Assembly: GCF_001598795.1 (NCBI RefSeq)
Contig: NZ_BCZP01000003.1
Location: 30,001-62,000, forward strand
Origin: Delftia acidovorans NBRC 14950
Lineage (GTDB): Bacteria; Pseudomonadota; Gammaproteobacteria; Burkholderiales; Burkholderiaceae_C
Reading direction: 5' to 3'
Length of the DNA: 32,000 nt
Made by a program: the position numbers and the translations under genes. Positions 1-7,739 of the stretch are shown here, piece after piece; position 1 is the first letter of the stretch; each line of letters begins with the position of its first letter. Below the pieces are notes generated by a model that ran no database searches, had not been told where the DNA came from, and saw only the letters and a list, made by a program, of their open reading frames with translations.

Positions 1-1
1 C

Positions 2-211
2 GGCATCGAGCAGATCGCACAGCTGGTTGCGGAAGGCTTCGGTGTCTCCATCCTGCCGGACTGGCCCGTGCTGGGACCGCCGGATGCCAGAACGCGCCGA
101 TGGCCGCTGCCCCCTCCGAGCCCGTCCCGCGAAGTGGGCATGGTGTGGCTGCGCTCTTCGGTGCGCTCCCCTCTGGCAGCCGCCTTGTCCGAGCTGATCG
201 ACCACCACTAG
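2..211 (+). CDS. LysR-family transcriptional regulator, C-terminal fragment (5' end lies outside the window)
   Basis: Frame open from the window edge to TAG 209-211. Translation GIEQIAQLVAEGFGVSILPDW...VGMVWLRSSVRSPLAAALSELIDHH resembles the C-terminal effector-binding domain of LysR-type regulators. Absent from the ORF track because it has no start codon in the window. Confidence 0.55.
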   Translation, partial: GIEQIAQLVAEGFGVSILPDWPVLGPPDARTRRWPLPPPSPSREVGMVWLRSSVRSPLAAALSELIDHH

Positions 212-248
212 CTGACCCGGCCCTGGCCGGGGCCTGTGCCGCCGGGAC

Positions 249-1388
249 TCAGAACAGGCTGCGTTGCGCCAGCAGCAGCGAAGGGTGGTAGAGACTGCAA
301 TCGAGCCGCAGCGGCTCGCGGTTGAACCCGTACCGACGGCAGGCCAGCGCGAAGCGCTGGCGCAGCAGCTCGGCCCAGTGGCCCGTGCCCTTCATGCGCT
401 GGCCGAACTCGGCGTTGTACACGCGGCCGGCCTCGCGCTGCTCGCCCTGGATGCCGTGCAGGTCGCGCACGCGCTCCATCACGCGGCGGGCGCGGTCGGG
501 GTAGTGCACCTGCAGCCATTGCTCGAACAGCGGCGCCACTTCCCAGGGCAGGCGCAGCACGGCATAGAAGGCATGGCGCGCGCCTGCGTCGGCGGCCGCC
601 TCCAGCACCTTCTCCAGGTCTTCGTTGATGAAGGGAATCTGCGGTGCCAGGCTCACGCCCACGGGCACGCCCGCCTCGGTCAGCGCGCGGATGCTGCGCA
701 GCCGGCGGTGCGGCGCGGCGGCGCGCGGCTCCAGGTGGCGTGCCAGGTCAGCGTCCAGCGTGGTCAGCGTGATGTGCACCGAGGCCAGGCCCTGGCGCGC
801 CAGCGGGGCCAGCAGGTCCAGGTCACGCTCCACCCCGCTGCCCTTGGTGACGATGGAAAACGGGTGGCGCGCCTCGGCCAGCACTTCGATCAGGCGGCGC
901 GTCAGCCCCAGCTCGCGCTCCACGGGCTGGTAGCAGTCGGTGACCGAGCCCAGCATCACGGGCGCGGCCACATGGCTGGCGCGCGACAGCTCGGCGCGCA
1001 GCAGCTCGGGCAGGTTCTGCTTGGCGATGAGCCGGGTCTCGAAGTCCAGCCCTGGCGACCAGCCCAGGTAGCTGTGCGTGGGCCGGGCATAGCAATAGAT
1101 GCAGCCGTGCTCGCACCCCCGGTAGGGATTGAGCCCCATGTGAAACGGCAGGTCGGGCGACTGGTGGCGGCTCAGCGCCGAGCGGGCCTGCTCCCAGCGC
1201 AGTTCGGTGCGCAGGGGCGCGGCTTCCTCGCCTTCGGCAGGCGCCTCAAGGCTGCCCCAGCCGTCATCGAACGCCTCGCGCGGGTCGGTGGTGAAGCGGT
1301 GGGCCAGCTGGCTGGCTGCGCCCCGGCCCTTGATGGCGTGCAGGGGAATGAAGGCCGGCTCCGGAGAGAGGTCTGGGTTGGCGCGCAT
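249..1388 (-). CDS. Radical SAM protein, PA0069 / SplB-like (COG1533 'DNA repair photolyase') family
   Basis: Part of track ORF 249..1559. Start placed at MRANPDLSPE (ATG 1388-1386), preceded by GGGAG about 8 nt upstream. Radical SAM cluster motif CEHGCIYC (CxxxCxxC) follows YRGC. Protein is 379 aa. A LexA box lies 25 nt upstream. Confidence 0.88.
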   Translation of the reverse strand: MRANPDLSPEPAFIPLHAIKGRGAASQLAHRFTTDPREAFDDGWGSLEAPAEGEEAAPLRTELRWEQARSALSRHQSPDLPFHMGLNPYRGCEHGCIYCYARPTHSYLGWSPGLDFETRLIAKQNLPELLRAELSRASHVAAPVMLGSVTDCYQPVERELGLTRRLIEVLAEARHPFSIVTKGSGVERDLDLLAPLARQGLASVHITLTTLDADLARHLEPRAAAPHRRLRSIRALTEAGVPVGVSLAPQIPFINEDLEKVLEAAADAGARHAFYAVLRLPWEVAPLFEQWLQVHYPDRARRVMERVRDLHGIQGEQREAGRVYNAEFGQRMKGTGHWAELLRQRFALACRRYGFNREPLRLDCSLYHPSLLLAQRSLF

Positions 1389-1412
1389 GGGGTTCGCTCC
1401 CGCAACGATGAA

Positions 1413-1432
1413 TACTGTACAAACATACAGAT
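1413..1432. promoter_or_regulatory. LexA (SOS) box TACTGTACAAACATACAGAT, overlapping a candidate sigma70 promoter of the radical SAM gene
   Basis: CTGT-N8-ACAG core with flanks, close to the gamma/beta-proteobacterial consensus TACTGTATATATATACAGTA. On the minus strand, -35 TGGATA (1459-1454), a 17-nt spacer, then -10 TATGAT (1436-1431). The box starts inside the -10 and covers the expected transcription start. It lies between divergent genes (radical SAM start 1388, GNAT start 1484). Confidence 0.7.
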
Positions 1433-1483
1433 CATAGCTGCGCAGCAGCCCGTTATCCAGAACGATGACAATGCCCCTGATCC

Positions 1484-1936
1484 ATGCCATCCAGACCCAT
1501 GCACCACATCCGCCCTGCCATCGACAGCGACTTCCCGTCCTTGCTGGCCTGCGATCCATATGCCCGCAGCCATGCTGAACGCCAGGCCTTTCTGCGGGAG
1601 AAAACGGCCGCTGGCGCGGTATTGGTGGCCGAGTGGGATGGCTCCGTGTCGGGTTTTGCCGTGCTGGAGCCCGGATTCTTCGGCCATGGGTTCATCTCCC
1701 TCATCGCCGTGGCAGATGCAGCGCGGCGCAGCGGCGTGGCGCTGGCACTGCTGGCGGCGGCCCGGCAGCGCTGCACCACGGACAAGCTCTTTACCTCGAC
1801 CAATGCATCGAACCTGGCCGCGCAGGCGCTGTTCGCCCAGGCGGGCTTTGTGCCCAGCGGGCGCGTGGACAACCTGGACCCCGGCGACCCCGAGCTGATC
1901 TTTTTCAAGGCCCTGGGCAGCACGCGCGCGCAGTAG
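1484..1936 (+). CDS. GNAT family N-acetyltransferase
   Basis: Track ORF, 150 aa. IRPAIDSDFPSL N-terminus, core FISLIAVADAARRSGVALALL and C-terminal NLAAQALFAQAGF are typical GNAT motif A/B regions. Alternative start at ATG 1499 (MHHIRPA); no clear Shine-Dalgarno sequence for either. Confidence 0.8.
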   Translation: MPSRPMHHIRPAIDSDFPSLLACDPYARSHAERQAFLREKTAAGAVLVAEWDGSVSGFAVLEPGFFGHGFISLIAVADAARRSGVALALLAAARQRCTTDKLFTSTNASNLAAQALFAQAGFVPSGRVDNLDPGDPELIFFKALGSTRAQ

Positions 1937-2032
1937 CGCTCGCAGCAGGCCGCGTCAACCCCACGCCAATCCGCACCGCACCGTGCGGGTTCGCTTGGCA
2001 GAACCCACACGGGCCTGCACAATGGGCCTATC

Positions 2033-2058
2033 GCACCAACTTGGTGCTTTTCTCTTTT
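2033..2058 (+). terminator. Candidate weak intrinsic terminator downstream of the GNAT gene
   Basis: GCACC-AACTT-GGTGC hairpin (2033-2047) followed by the pyrimidine/T-rich run CTTTTCTCTTTTCT. A second hairpin GCCCGG-N13-CCGGGC (2073-2097) followed by TTTTG lies just downstream. Confidence 0.4.
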
Positions 2059-2165
2059 CTGAAGATGCCTTGGCCCGGACAACCGCGTTGCCCGGGCTTT
2101 TGTCCGTTTGGGCGCCGCTGCCCTTCACTGCAGCCACGGCGCAAGCACACAAGGGAGCCAACACC

Positions 2166-2570
2166 ATGGAGCGCAAGCCCCACATCATTCTTTCGTCCCT
2201 GGACCTGGAGCGCATCGAGGCCCTGCTGGACAAGCAACCCGCCTTCCCCGGCCGCGAGGCGCTGGAGGCCGAGCTGGACCGCGCCGACGTGCTCGAGCCC
2301 AAGGAAATGCCGCCCAACGTGGTGACCATGAACTCCACCGTGCGCTTCACGCTGCTGGAGTCGGGCAAGTCCAATACACTGACCCTGGTCTATCCCAAGG
2401 AGATGGACGGCAGCTCCGACAAGGTGTCGGTCTTCGCACCCGTGGGCATTGCCCTGTTGGGCCTGAGCGTGGGCGACCAGTCGCGCATGGCCGGCCCCTC
2501 GGGCCAAGTCACCGTGCGCGTGGATGCCATCGAGTTCCAGCCGGAAAGCGCGGGCGAGCTGCACCGTTGA
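2166..2570 (+). CDS. rnk: Regulator of nucleoside diphosphate kinase (GreA/GreB-like, Rnk)
   Basis: Inside track ORF 1983..2570. Start at MERKPHIILSSLDLERIEALL (ATG 2166), with AAGGGAG 8-14 nt upstream. 134 aa, collinear with E. coli Rnk as I recall it (...VVTMNS.V.F......TL.LVYP...D....SV.APVG.ALLGL.VGD...). Confidence 0.9.
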   Translation: MERKPHIILSSLDLERIEALLDKQPAFPGREALEAELDRADVLEPKEMPPNVVTMNSTVRFTLLESGKSNTLTLVYPKEMDGSSDKVSVFAPVGIALLGLSVGDQSRMAGPSGQVTVRVDAIEFQPESAGELHR

Positions 2571-2590
2571 AAGCCGATCGGCGTGAAGCG

Positions 2591-2619
2591 AAAAAGGCAG
2601 CCAACCGGCTGCCTTTTTT
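2591..2619. terminator. Bidirectional rho-independent terminator between convergent rnk and the acyltransferase gene
   Basis: AAAAA-GGCAGCC-AACC-GGCTGCC-TTTTTT. Perfect 7-bp GC-rich stem with an A-run on one side and a T-run on the other. Confidence 0.8.
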
Positions 2620-2643
2620 GTTTGTGGACTGATGCACCGCGCC

Positions 2644-3801
2644 TCAGCGCAGGCCTGCCAGAAACGCCGCGATCAGGCCGGTGCCCACCAGGCCCGCCTG
2701 CCAGCGCAGCGCCATGTGCCAGCTGGGAACGTGGCGCTCCACGCGCTCGTACAGCAGATGGCCGGCCGCAATCGACAGCACAAAAGCCGTGCACATGCCC
2801 AGCAGGGCGGCGGGAATGGAATGTGGCCAGAAATGGCTTTCCACGGCATTGACCAGCAGGCAGACCGAGAAGTGCACGAGAAACACCGAGTACGAAATCT
2901 TGCCCAGCCGACGCAGCGGCGCCCAGCCTTGCGCCTGCGCAAACGCGGGGCTGCGCATGGCCACGACCAGGGCCAGCGCCGTGGTACCGGCCAGCGCGAT
3001 GCGGTCGCGCCACTCCAGCGCCAATGCCGCCACGACCAGGGCCACGATCAGCAGGGACCAGCTCCAGGCCGTCGAGGACTTGTCCGCATGCGCGGCCCAG
3101 TAGGCCAGCATGCCCAGGCCGTAGGCGCCAAAGAAGTACGGCGCCCATACGTCCCATTGCGCATCCAGATTGAAGCCCAGCAGCGAAGCCGCCACGCCGA
3201 TCACCACCAGCGCCTGCGCCACGCTCAGCGCCCAGGGCCAGCAGCGTGACAGGGCGTCGCCGCCAAAGCGGCGGCGCAGCAAGGCACCACTCCAGCGCGT
3301 GCCGGCCAGCAGCAGCGCAGTCAGCGCAAACAGCTGGAAGTCGATGGACACATACCAGACGCCGGCAGACAGCGACTCCTCGCCCACGATGTTCTGCAGC
3401 AGCAAGGCATGCGCCACCAGCTGCCAGAGATCGGGCTCGCCTGAGACAGAAGCATGGTCGAACCAGGGCCGCACGACCGCCGAGACGACGACGGCCACGA
3501 CCAGCGCCACCGCATAGGGCACGACCAGGCGCACGAAGCGGCGCCCGATGCGGGACCACGGATCGCTGTGCTGTCCGTGGCCTTGCGGCGCCATGCTGGC
3601 TGCCGCCAGGTAGCCGCCCAGCACCAGGAAGATTTGCACGGCCATGCGCGCATATTCATAGAGCCAGTCGATGAGGTCCGGCGCGGCCGGATGGGCGATA
3701 TCGGACATGGGGCCGTAGAAGGCCAGGTGGTGCCAGACGATGGCGGCACAGGCCAGGCCCTTGGTGCAGTCGATCAGCGCACTGCGGCTAGCGTGGGACA
3801 T
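2644..3801 (-). CDS. Acyltransferase family 3 (OafA/OpgC-like) integral membrane protein
   Basis: C-terminal 385 aa of track ORF 2644..4611. Start at MSHASRSALIDCTKGLACAAIVWHHLAFYG (ATG 3801-3799), which is the usual family N-terminus (R..lD..KG.a...V...H). Multiple hydrophobic helices run throughout. The longer ORF extension is antisense to the GbsR-type gene and is rejected. No obvious Shine-Dalgarno sequence. Confidence 0.82.
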   Translation of the reverse strand: MSHASRSALIDCTKGLACAAIVWHHLAFYGPMSDIAHPAAPDLIDWLYEYARMAVQIFLVLGGYLAAASMAPQGHGQHSDPWSRIGRRFVRLVVPYAVALVVAVVVSAVVRPWFDHASVSGEPDLWQLVAHALLLQNIVGEESLSAGVWYVSIDFQLFALTALLLAGTRWSGALLRRRFGGDALSRCWPWALSVAQALVVIGVAASLLGFNLDAQWDVWAPYFFGAYGLGMLAYWAAHADKSSTAWSWSLLIVALVVAALALEWRDRIALAGTTALALVVAMRSPAFAQAQGWAPLRRLGKISYSVFLVHFSVCLLVNAVESHFWPHSIPAALLGMCTAFVLSIAAGHLLYERVERHVPSWHMALRWQAGLVGTGLIAAFLAGLR

Positions 3802-3948
3802 GGGGCAATCTGCAATCTGCGAACGGGTCGGTAAGCGGGAGGCGCTGGGCCCGGGCCGCCTGGCCGCAAGCCCGCAAAGGCGCCATTGTGCGCCTTTTGA
3901 CCGCGTCTTGCAGAAAGCTGACGCACCGCTTTCCAAGCCGCCCAGGAC

Positions 3949-4566
3949 ATGCCGGCACGCGAAGGCACAATGCATGCCATGACGCAATCCAAACCTCTTC
4001 CGGCGTTGAACCGGCAGTTCGTCTCGCACTTCGGCGAGATGGGCAGCCGCTGGGGCATCAACCGCACGGTAGGCCAGATCTACGCTCTGCTGTTTCTTTC
4101 GCCCGAGCCGCTCAATGCCGACCAGATCGCCGAGACGCTGGAGTTCTCGCGCTCCAACGTGAGCATGGGGCTCAAGGAATTGCAGGCCTGGCGCCTGGTG
4201 CAGCTGCGCCACCAGCCCGGCGACCGGCGCGAGTATTTCGAGGCGCCGCAGGATGTCTGGGAAATCTTCCGCCGCCTGGCCGAGGAACGCCGCCGCCGCG
4301 AGATCGAGCCCACCCAGTCCATGCTGCGCGCCGCCATGCTGGAGGAAGTCACCACCGAAGAGGAACGCTACGCCCAGCAGCGCATGCGCGATATGTACGA
4401 GCTGATCGACCGGCTCATGAACTGGTTCGACGACGTGCAGCGCCTGTCGCCCGAGACCGCCATGCAGCTCATGGGCATGGGCACGGCCGTGACGCGGCTG
4501 CTGGATCTGAAGGACCGCATCACGGGCGGCAAGGGCCGCGCCAAGGCGGATGACACCGACGATTGA
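3949..4566 (+). CDS. GbsR/MarR-family winged-helix transcriptional regulator
   Basis: Track ORF, 205 aa. FVSHFGEMGSRWGINRTVGQIYALLFLSPEPLNADQIAETLEFSRSNVSMGLKELQAWRLV is the typical GbsR-type wHTH. Start uncertain: ATG 3970 has the best Shine-Dalgarno sequence (GAAGG, 4-nt spacer); ATG 3979 is also possible. Confidence 0.82.
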   Translation: MPAREGTMHAMTQSKPLPALNRQFVSHFGEMGSRWGINRTVGQIYALLFLSPEPLNADQIAETLEFSRSNVSMGLKELQAWRLVQLRHQPGDRREYFEAPQDVWEIFRRLAEERRRREIEPTQSMLRAAMLEEVTTEEERYAQQRMRDMYELIDRLMNWFDDVQRLSPETAMQLMGMGTAVTRLLDLKDRITGGKGRAKADDTDD

Positions 4567-4585
4567 ACCTGGCAAGCCTGCGTAC

Positions 4586-4618
4586 AAAAATGAGCTCCCG
4601 AGGGAGCTCATTGTGTTT
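4586..4618. terminator. Bidirectional rho-independent terminator (GbsR-type gene on +, cyd operon on -)
   Basis: AAAAA-TGAGCTCC-CGAG-GGAGCTCA-TTGTGTTT. 8-bp stem; on the minus strand it is followed by TTTTTG. Confidence 0.7.
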
Positions 4619-4765
4619 ACAGCAATGCTTCATTAGCGGTAAGCGCGTGCAAAAACTGGCATAGCCCAAAGCGAGGGACACCGAGCAAGGGCCGCCCCCG
4701 CAGCGAGGGTGTCGTCCCCCTCCCGAAGAGAGAGGGGGAAGGCGCGAAGCGCCTCAGGGGGAGCT

Positions 4766-4891
4766 TTATTTCTCCCGGGCCAGGAGTTCGCGGCGCGTGG
4801 CCTCGTCGTCCATCAGTTCGTACCACATCGCGTTGAGCACCGCGAAGGCGGCCGCCAGCGGCAGGCCTAGCAACCAGGCGAAGTACCACAT
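4766..4891 (-). CDS. cydX: Cytochrome bd oxidase small subunit CydX (41 aa; not in the ORF track)
   Basis: My translation of the minus strand: MWYFAWLLGLPLAAAFAVLNAMWYELMDDEATRRELLAREK, stop TAA (4768-4766). The MWYF.W.LG N-terminus and single TM helix are the CydX signature. AAAGGA lies 9 nt upstream. It sits 49 nt downstream of cydB. Confidence 0.85.
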   Translation of the reverse strand: MWYFAWLLGLPLAAAFAVLNAMWYELMDDEATRRELLAREK

Positions 4892-4940
4892 GGTGTTGTG
4901 TCCTTTCTTGACGTTGACTATCGTTTCTTGATTCGGTGGA

Positions 4941-6092
4941 TCAGTACGAGTGGCCGCGGCCCTCGATGATGGCCATCGGGTCGACCTTGCCGCGCAGCAC
5001 GCTGTAGACCCAGCTGGTGTAGGCCACGATGAGGGGCACGAAGATCAGCGCGCACACCAGCATGATGAACAGCGTCACATGGCTGGACGAAGAGTCCCAG
5101 ACCGTGAGGCTGTGCTGCGGGTTCAGCGACGAGGGCAGGATGAACGGGAACATGGACGCCCCCACGCTGGCGATGATGCCGGCAATGCCCAGGCCGCTGG
5201 ACAGCAGGGCCAGCCACTCGCGGCGCAGCCACAGGCCCAACGCCGCCAGCAGCGGCATCAGCAGGCCGATGGCCGGCACGGCCCAGAGCACGGGCCGGGC
5301 CTGGTAGTTGGCAAACCAGGCGCCCGCCTGCAGCGCAGCCGTCTTGAACAGCGGATTGGACGGTCCGGTGGTGTTGATCTCGCTGGTGATGCGGTAGCCA
5401 TTGAGCGCGGCCAGCCACACGCCGGCCGCCGCGAACAGTACCGTGGTGGCGACGGCAGCCACCATGCCAAAGCGGCGCGCGCGCGCGGCCACATCGCCCT
5501 GGGTCTTGAACACCAGCCAGGACGCACCATGCATGAGCAGCATGCACAGCGAGACCAGGCCGGCCAGCAGCGCAAACGGGTTGAGCAGGCCGAAGAACGT
5601 GCCCTCGTAGTAGATGCGCATGTCGGGCGCCAGGCGGAAGGGCACGCCCTGCAGCACATTGCCCAGTGCCACGCCGAAGATCAGCGCGGGCACCACGCCG
5701 GCCATGCACAGCACGGCATCCCAGCGCGCGCGCCAGGCCGGCTCCTCGCGCTTGCTGCGGAACTTGAAGGCCACGGGCCGCAGGATCAGCGCCACCAGGG
5801 CCGCGAACATGGCCAGGTAAAAGCCTGAGAACGACACGGCATACAGCTGCGGCCAGGCCGCAAAGATGGCGCCGCCGCCCAGGATGAGCCAGACCTGGTT
5901 GCCTTCCCAGACCGGGCCCAGAGAGTTGATGACGACGCGGCGCTCCACATCGGTCCTGGCCGCCAGCGGCAGCAGCGCGGCAGCGCCCAGGTCAAAGCCA
6001 TCGGTGACGGCAAAGGCGATGAGCAGCACGCCCAGCAGGCCCCACCACAGCAGGCGCAGGATGTCGTAGCTGATCAGTTCGTGAAGAATCAT
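4941..6092 (-). CDS. cydB: Cytochrome bd ubiquinol oxidase subunit II
   Basis: Track ORF, 383 aa. N-terminus LWWGLLGVLLIAFAVTDGFDLGAAALLP and polytopic membrane character are typical CydB. Lies directly downstream of cydA (18-nt gap). Confidence 0.95.
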   Translation of the reverse strand: MILHELISYDILRLLWWGLLGVLLIAFAVTDGFDLGAAALLPLAARTDVERRVVINSLGPVWEGNQVWLILGGGAIFAAWPQLYAVSFSGFYLAMFAALVALILRPVAFKFRSKREEPAWRARWDAVLCMAGVVPALIFGVALGNVLQGVPFRLAPDMRIYYEGTFFGLLNPFALLAGLVSLCMLLMHGASWLVFKTQGDVAARARRFGMVAAVATTVLFAAAGVWLAALNGYRITSEINTTGPSNPLFKTAALQAGAWFANYQARPVLWAVPAIGLLMPLLAALGLWLRREWLALLSSGLGIAGIIASVGASMFPFILPSSLNPQHSLTVWDSSSSHVTLFIMLVCALIFVPLIVAYTSWVYSVLRGKVDPMAIIEGRGHSY

Positions 6093-6110
6093 GGTGACAA
6101 TCTCCCTTGG

Positions 6111-7697
6111 TCATTGCCCGCGGGCGAGTTTTTGCATCAGAGGGAAGTAGGTGGTCAGGTGCGGTGCGCTTTCCTCCTGCGGTCCCTTGCGGATGGCCTT
6201 CACCATGAGCTTCATCTCGATGACGAAGAGCACGGAGTAGATGGCGATGAAGCCTGCAATCGTCAGCAGCAGCGTGCCCGCGCCCAGGTTGGACACGGCC
6301 AGCGCCGTGGGCAGCACGCCTTCGATGATCCAGGGCTGGCGGCCCACCTCGGCCACGATCCAGCCGCACTCGGCCGCGATCCAGGGCAGGGGAATGGCGA
6401 TCACGGCCAGCTTGAGCATCCACGGATGGGCGTCCAGCCTGCGCCGCACCGACAGCCAGAAGAAGGCGGCCGTGAGCGCGATGAAGAACATGCCCAACCC
6501 CACCATGATGCGGAAGGCCCAGAACAGCGGCCCCACGGCCGGCACGGTGTCCCAGGCGGCCTGGGCGATCTGCGCGTCCGTGGCCTGGCGCGGGTCGTCC
6601 ACGTAGCGCTTGAGCAGCAGCGCGTAGCCCAGTTGCCCGCCCTTGTCCTCGAAGACGGCCTTGGCCTCGGCCGGCACCTGGCCCGTGGGGCCGGCGGCGC
6701 GGATGGCCTCCAGTGCGCCATAGGCCTCGATGCCGTTGCGGATGTACTGCTCGGTGCGCTGGACCAGGTCGTTGATGCCGGGGATCTCGGTGGTCAGCGA
6801 GCGCGTGCCGATCAGGCCCATGACCCAGGGAATGTGCACGGCGTAGTGCGTCTCGCGTGCGGCCTTGTCGGGGAAGCCGAAGGCGGTGAAGGCGGCCGGT
6901 GCGGGCTCGGTGTCCCACATGGCCTCGATGGCGGCCAGCTTCATCTTCTGGTGCTCCGACGACAGGTAGCCGCTTTCATCGCCCAGCACCACCACCGACA
7001 GCGCGGCGGCCAGGCCGAACGAGGTGGCCACCGTCATGGAGCGGCGCGCCAGCTGGATGTGCCGGCCCTTGAGCAGATACCAGGCCGAGACGCCCAGCAC
7101 GAAGATGGCCGCCGTCACGTAGCCGGCCGAGACCGTGTGCACGAACTTGGCCTGGGCCACGGGGTTGGTGAGCACGGCAAAGAAGTCGGTGACCTCCATG
7201 CGCATGGTCTGCGGGTTGAACGCCGCGCCCACGGGGTTTTGCATCCAGCCGTTGGCGATCAGAATCCACAGCGCCGAGAAGTTCGAGCCCAGGGCCACGC
7301 ACCAGGTGGTCACCAGATGGCCGACCTTGCTCAGGCGATCCCAGCCGAAGAAGAACAGGCCCACGAAGGTGGCCTCGAGGAAGAAGGCCATCAGCCCCTC
7401 GATGGCCAGCGGCGCGCCGAAGATGTCGCCCACGTAGTGGCTGTAGTAGCTCCAGTTCATGCCGAACTGGAACTCCATCACGATGCCCGTGGCCACGCCC
7501 ATGGCGAAGTTGATGCCGAACAACGTGCCCCAGAACTTCGTCATGTCGCGCCAGATGGTGCGGCCCGTCATCACGTAGACGGTCTCCATGATGGCGATGA
7601 TCACGGCCAGGCCGATGGTCAGCGGCACGAACAGGAAGTGGTAGAGCGCCGTTACCGCGAACTGCAGCCGCGATAGATCGACGATGTCGAGGTCCAT
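6111..7697 (-). CDS. cydA: Cytochrome bd ubiquinol oxidase subunit I (long Q-loop type, 528 aa)
   Basis: Track ORF. MDLDIVDLSRLQFAVTALYHFLFVPLTIGL, GWMQNPVG and EVGRQPW motifs are characteristic of CydA. Confidence 0.95.
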   Translation of the reverse strand: MDLDIVDLSRLQFAVTALYHFLFVPLTIGLAVIIAIMETVYVMTGRTIWRDMTKFWGTLFGINFAMGVATGIVMEFQFGMNWSYYSHYVGDIFGAPLAIEGLMAFFLEATFVGLFFFGWDRLSKVGHLVTTWCVALGSNFSALWILIANGWMQNPVGAAFNPQTMRMEVTDFFAVLTNPVAQAKFVHTVSAGYVTAAIFVLGVSAWYLLKGRHIQLARRSMTVATSFGLAAALSVVVLGDESGYLSSEHQKMKLAAIEAMWDTEPAPAAFTAFGFPDKAARETHYAVHIPWVMGLIGTRSLTTEIPGINDLVQRTEQYIRNGIEAYGALEAIRAAGPTGQVPAEAKAVFEDKGGQLGYALLLKRYVDDPRQATDAQIAQAAWDTVPAVGPLFWAFRIMVGLGMFFIALTAAFFWLSVRRRLDAHPWMLKLAVIAIPLPWIAAECGWIVAEVGRQPWIIEGVLPTALAVSNLGAGTLLLTIAGFIAIYSVLFVIEMKLMVKAIRKGPQEESAPHLTTYFPLMQKLARGQ

Positions 7698-7739
7698 GGT
7701 GAGATCCTTTCTCTCGGGGGTACTTGGTGAAATCCTTGA

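Noticed and set aside
3802-4611. Long N-terminal extensions of track ORFs: 2644..4611, 249..1559, 16505..17362, 18846..20051, 21373..22623, 22431..24800, 24449..25975 and 29106..30962.
   Set aside because: The extensions run through neighbouring genes or intergenic DNA. They have Arg/Pro/Gly-rich junk composition and precede internal Met codons that have a Shine-Dalgarno sequence, a stop/start overlap and the canonical family N-terminus. The shorter starts were used.
4617-4889. 90-aa ORF on the minus strand overlapping cydX and the structured spacer.
   Set aside because: It is out of frame with the clear CydX reading, and its product is Arg/Pro/Gly-rich and non-hydrophobic. The region is better explained by cydX plus an untranslated structured RNA.
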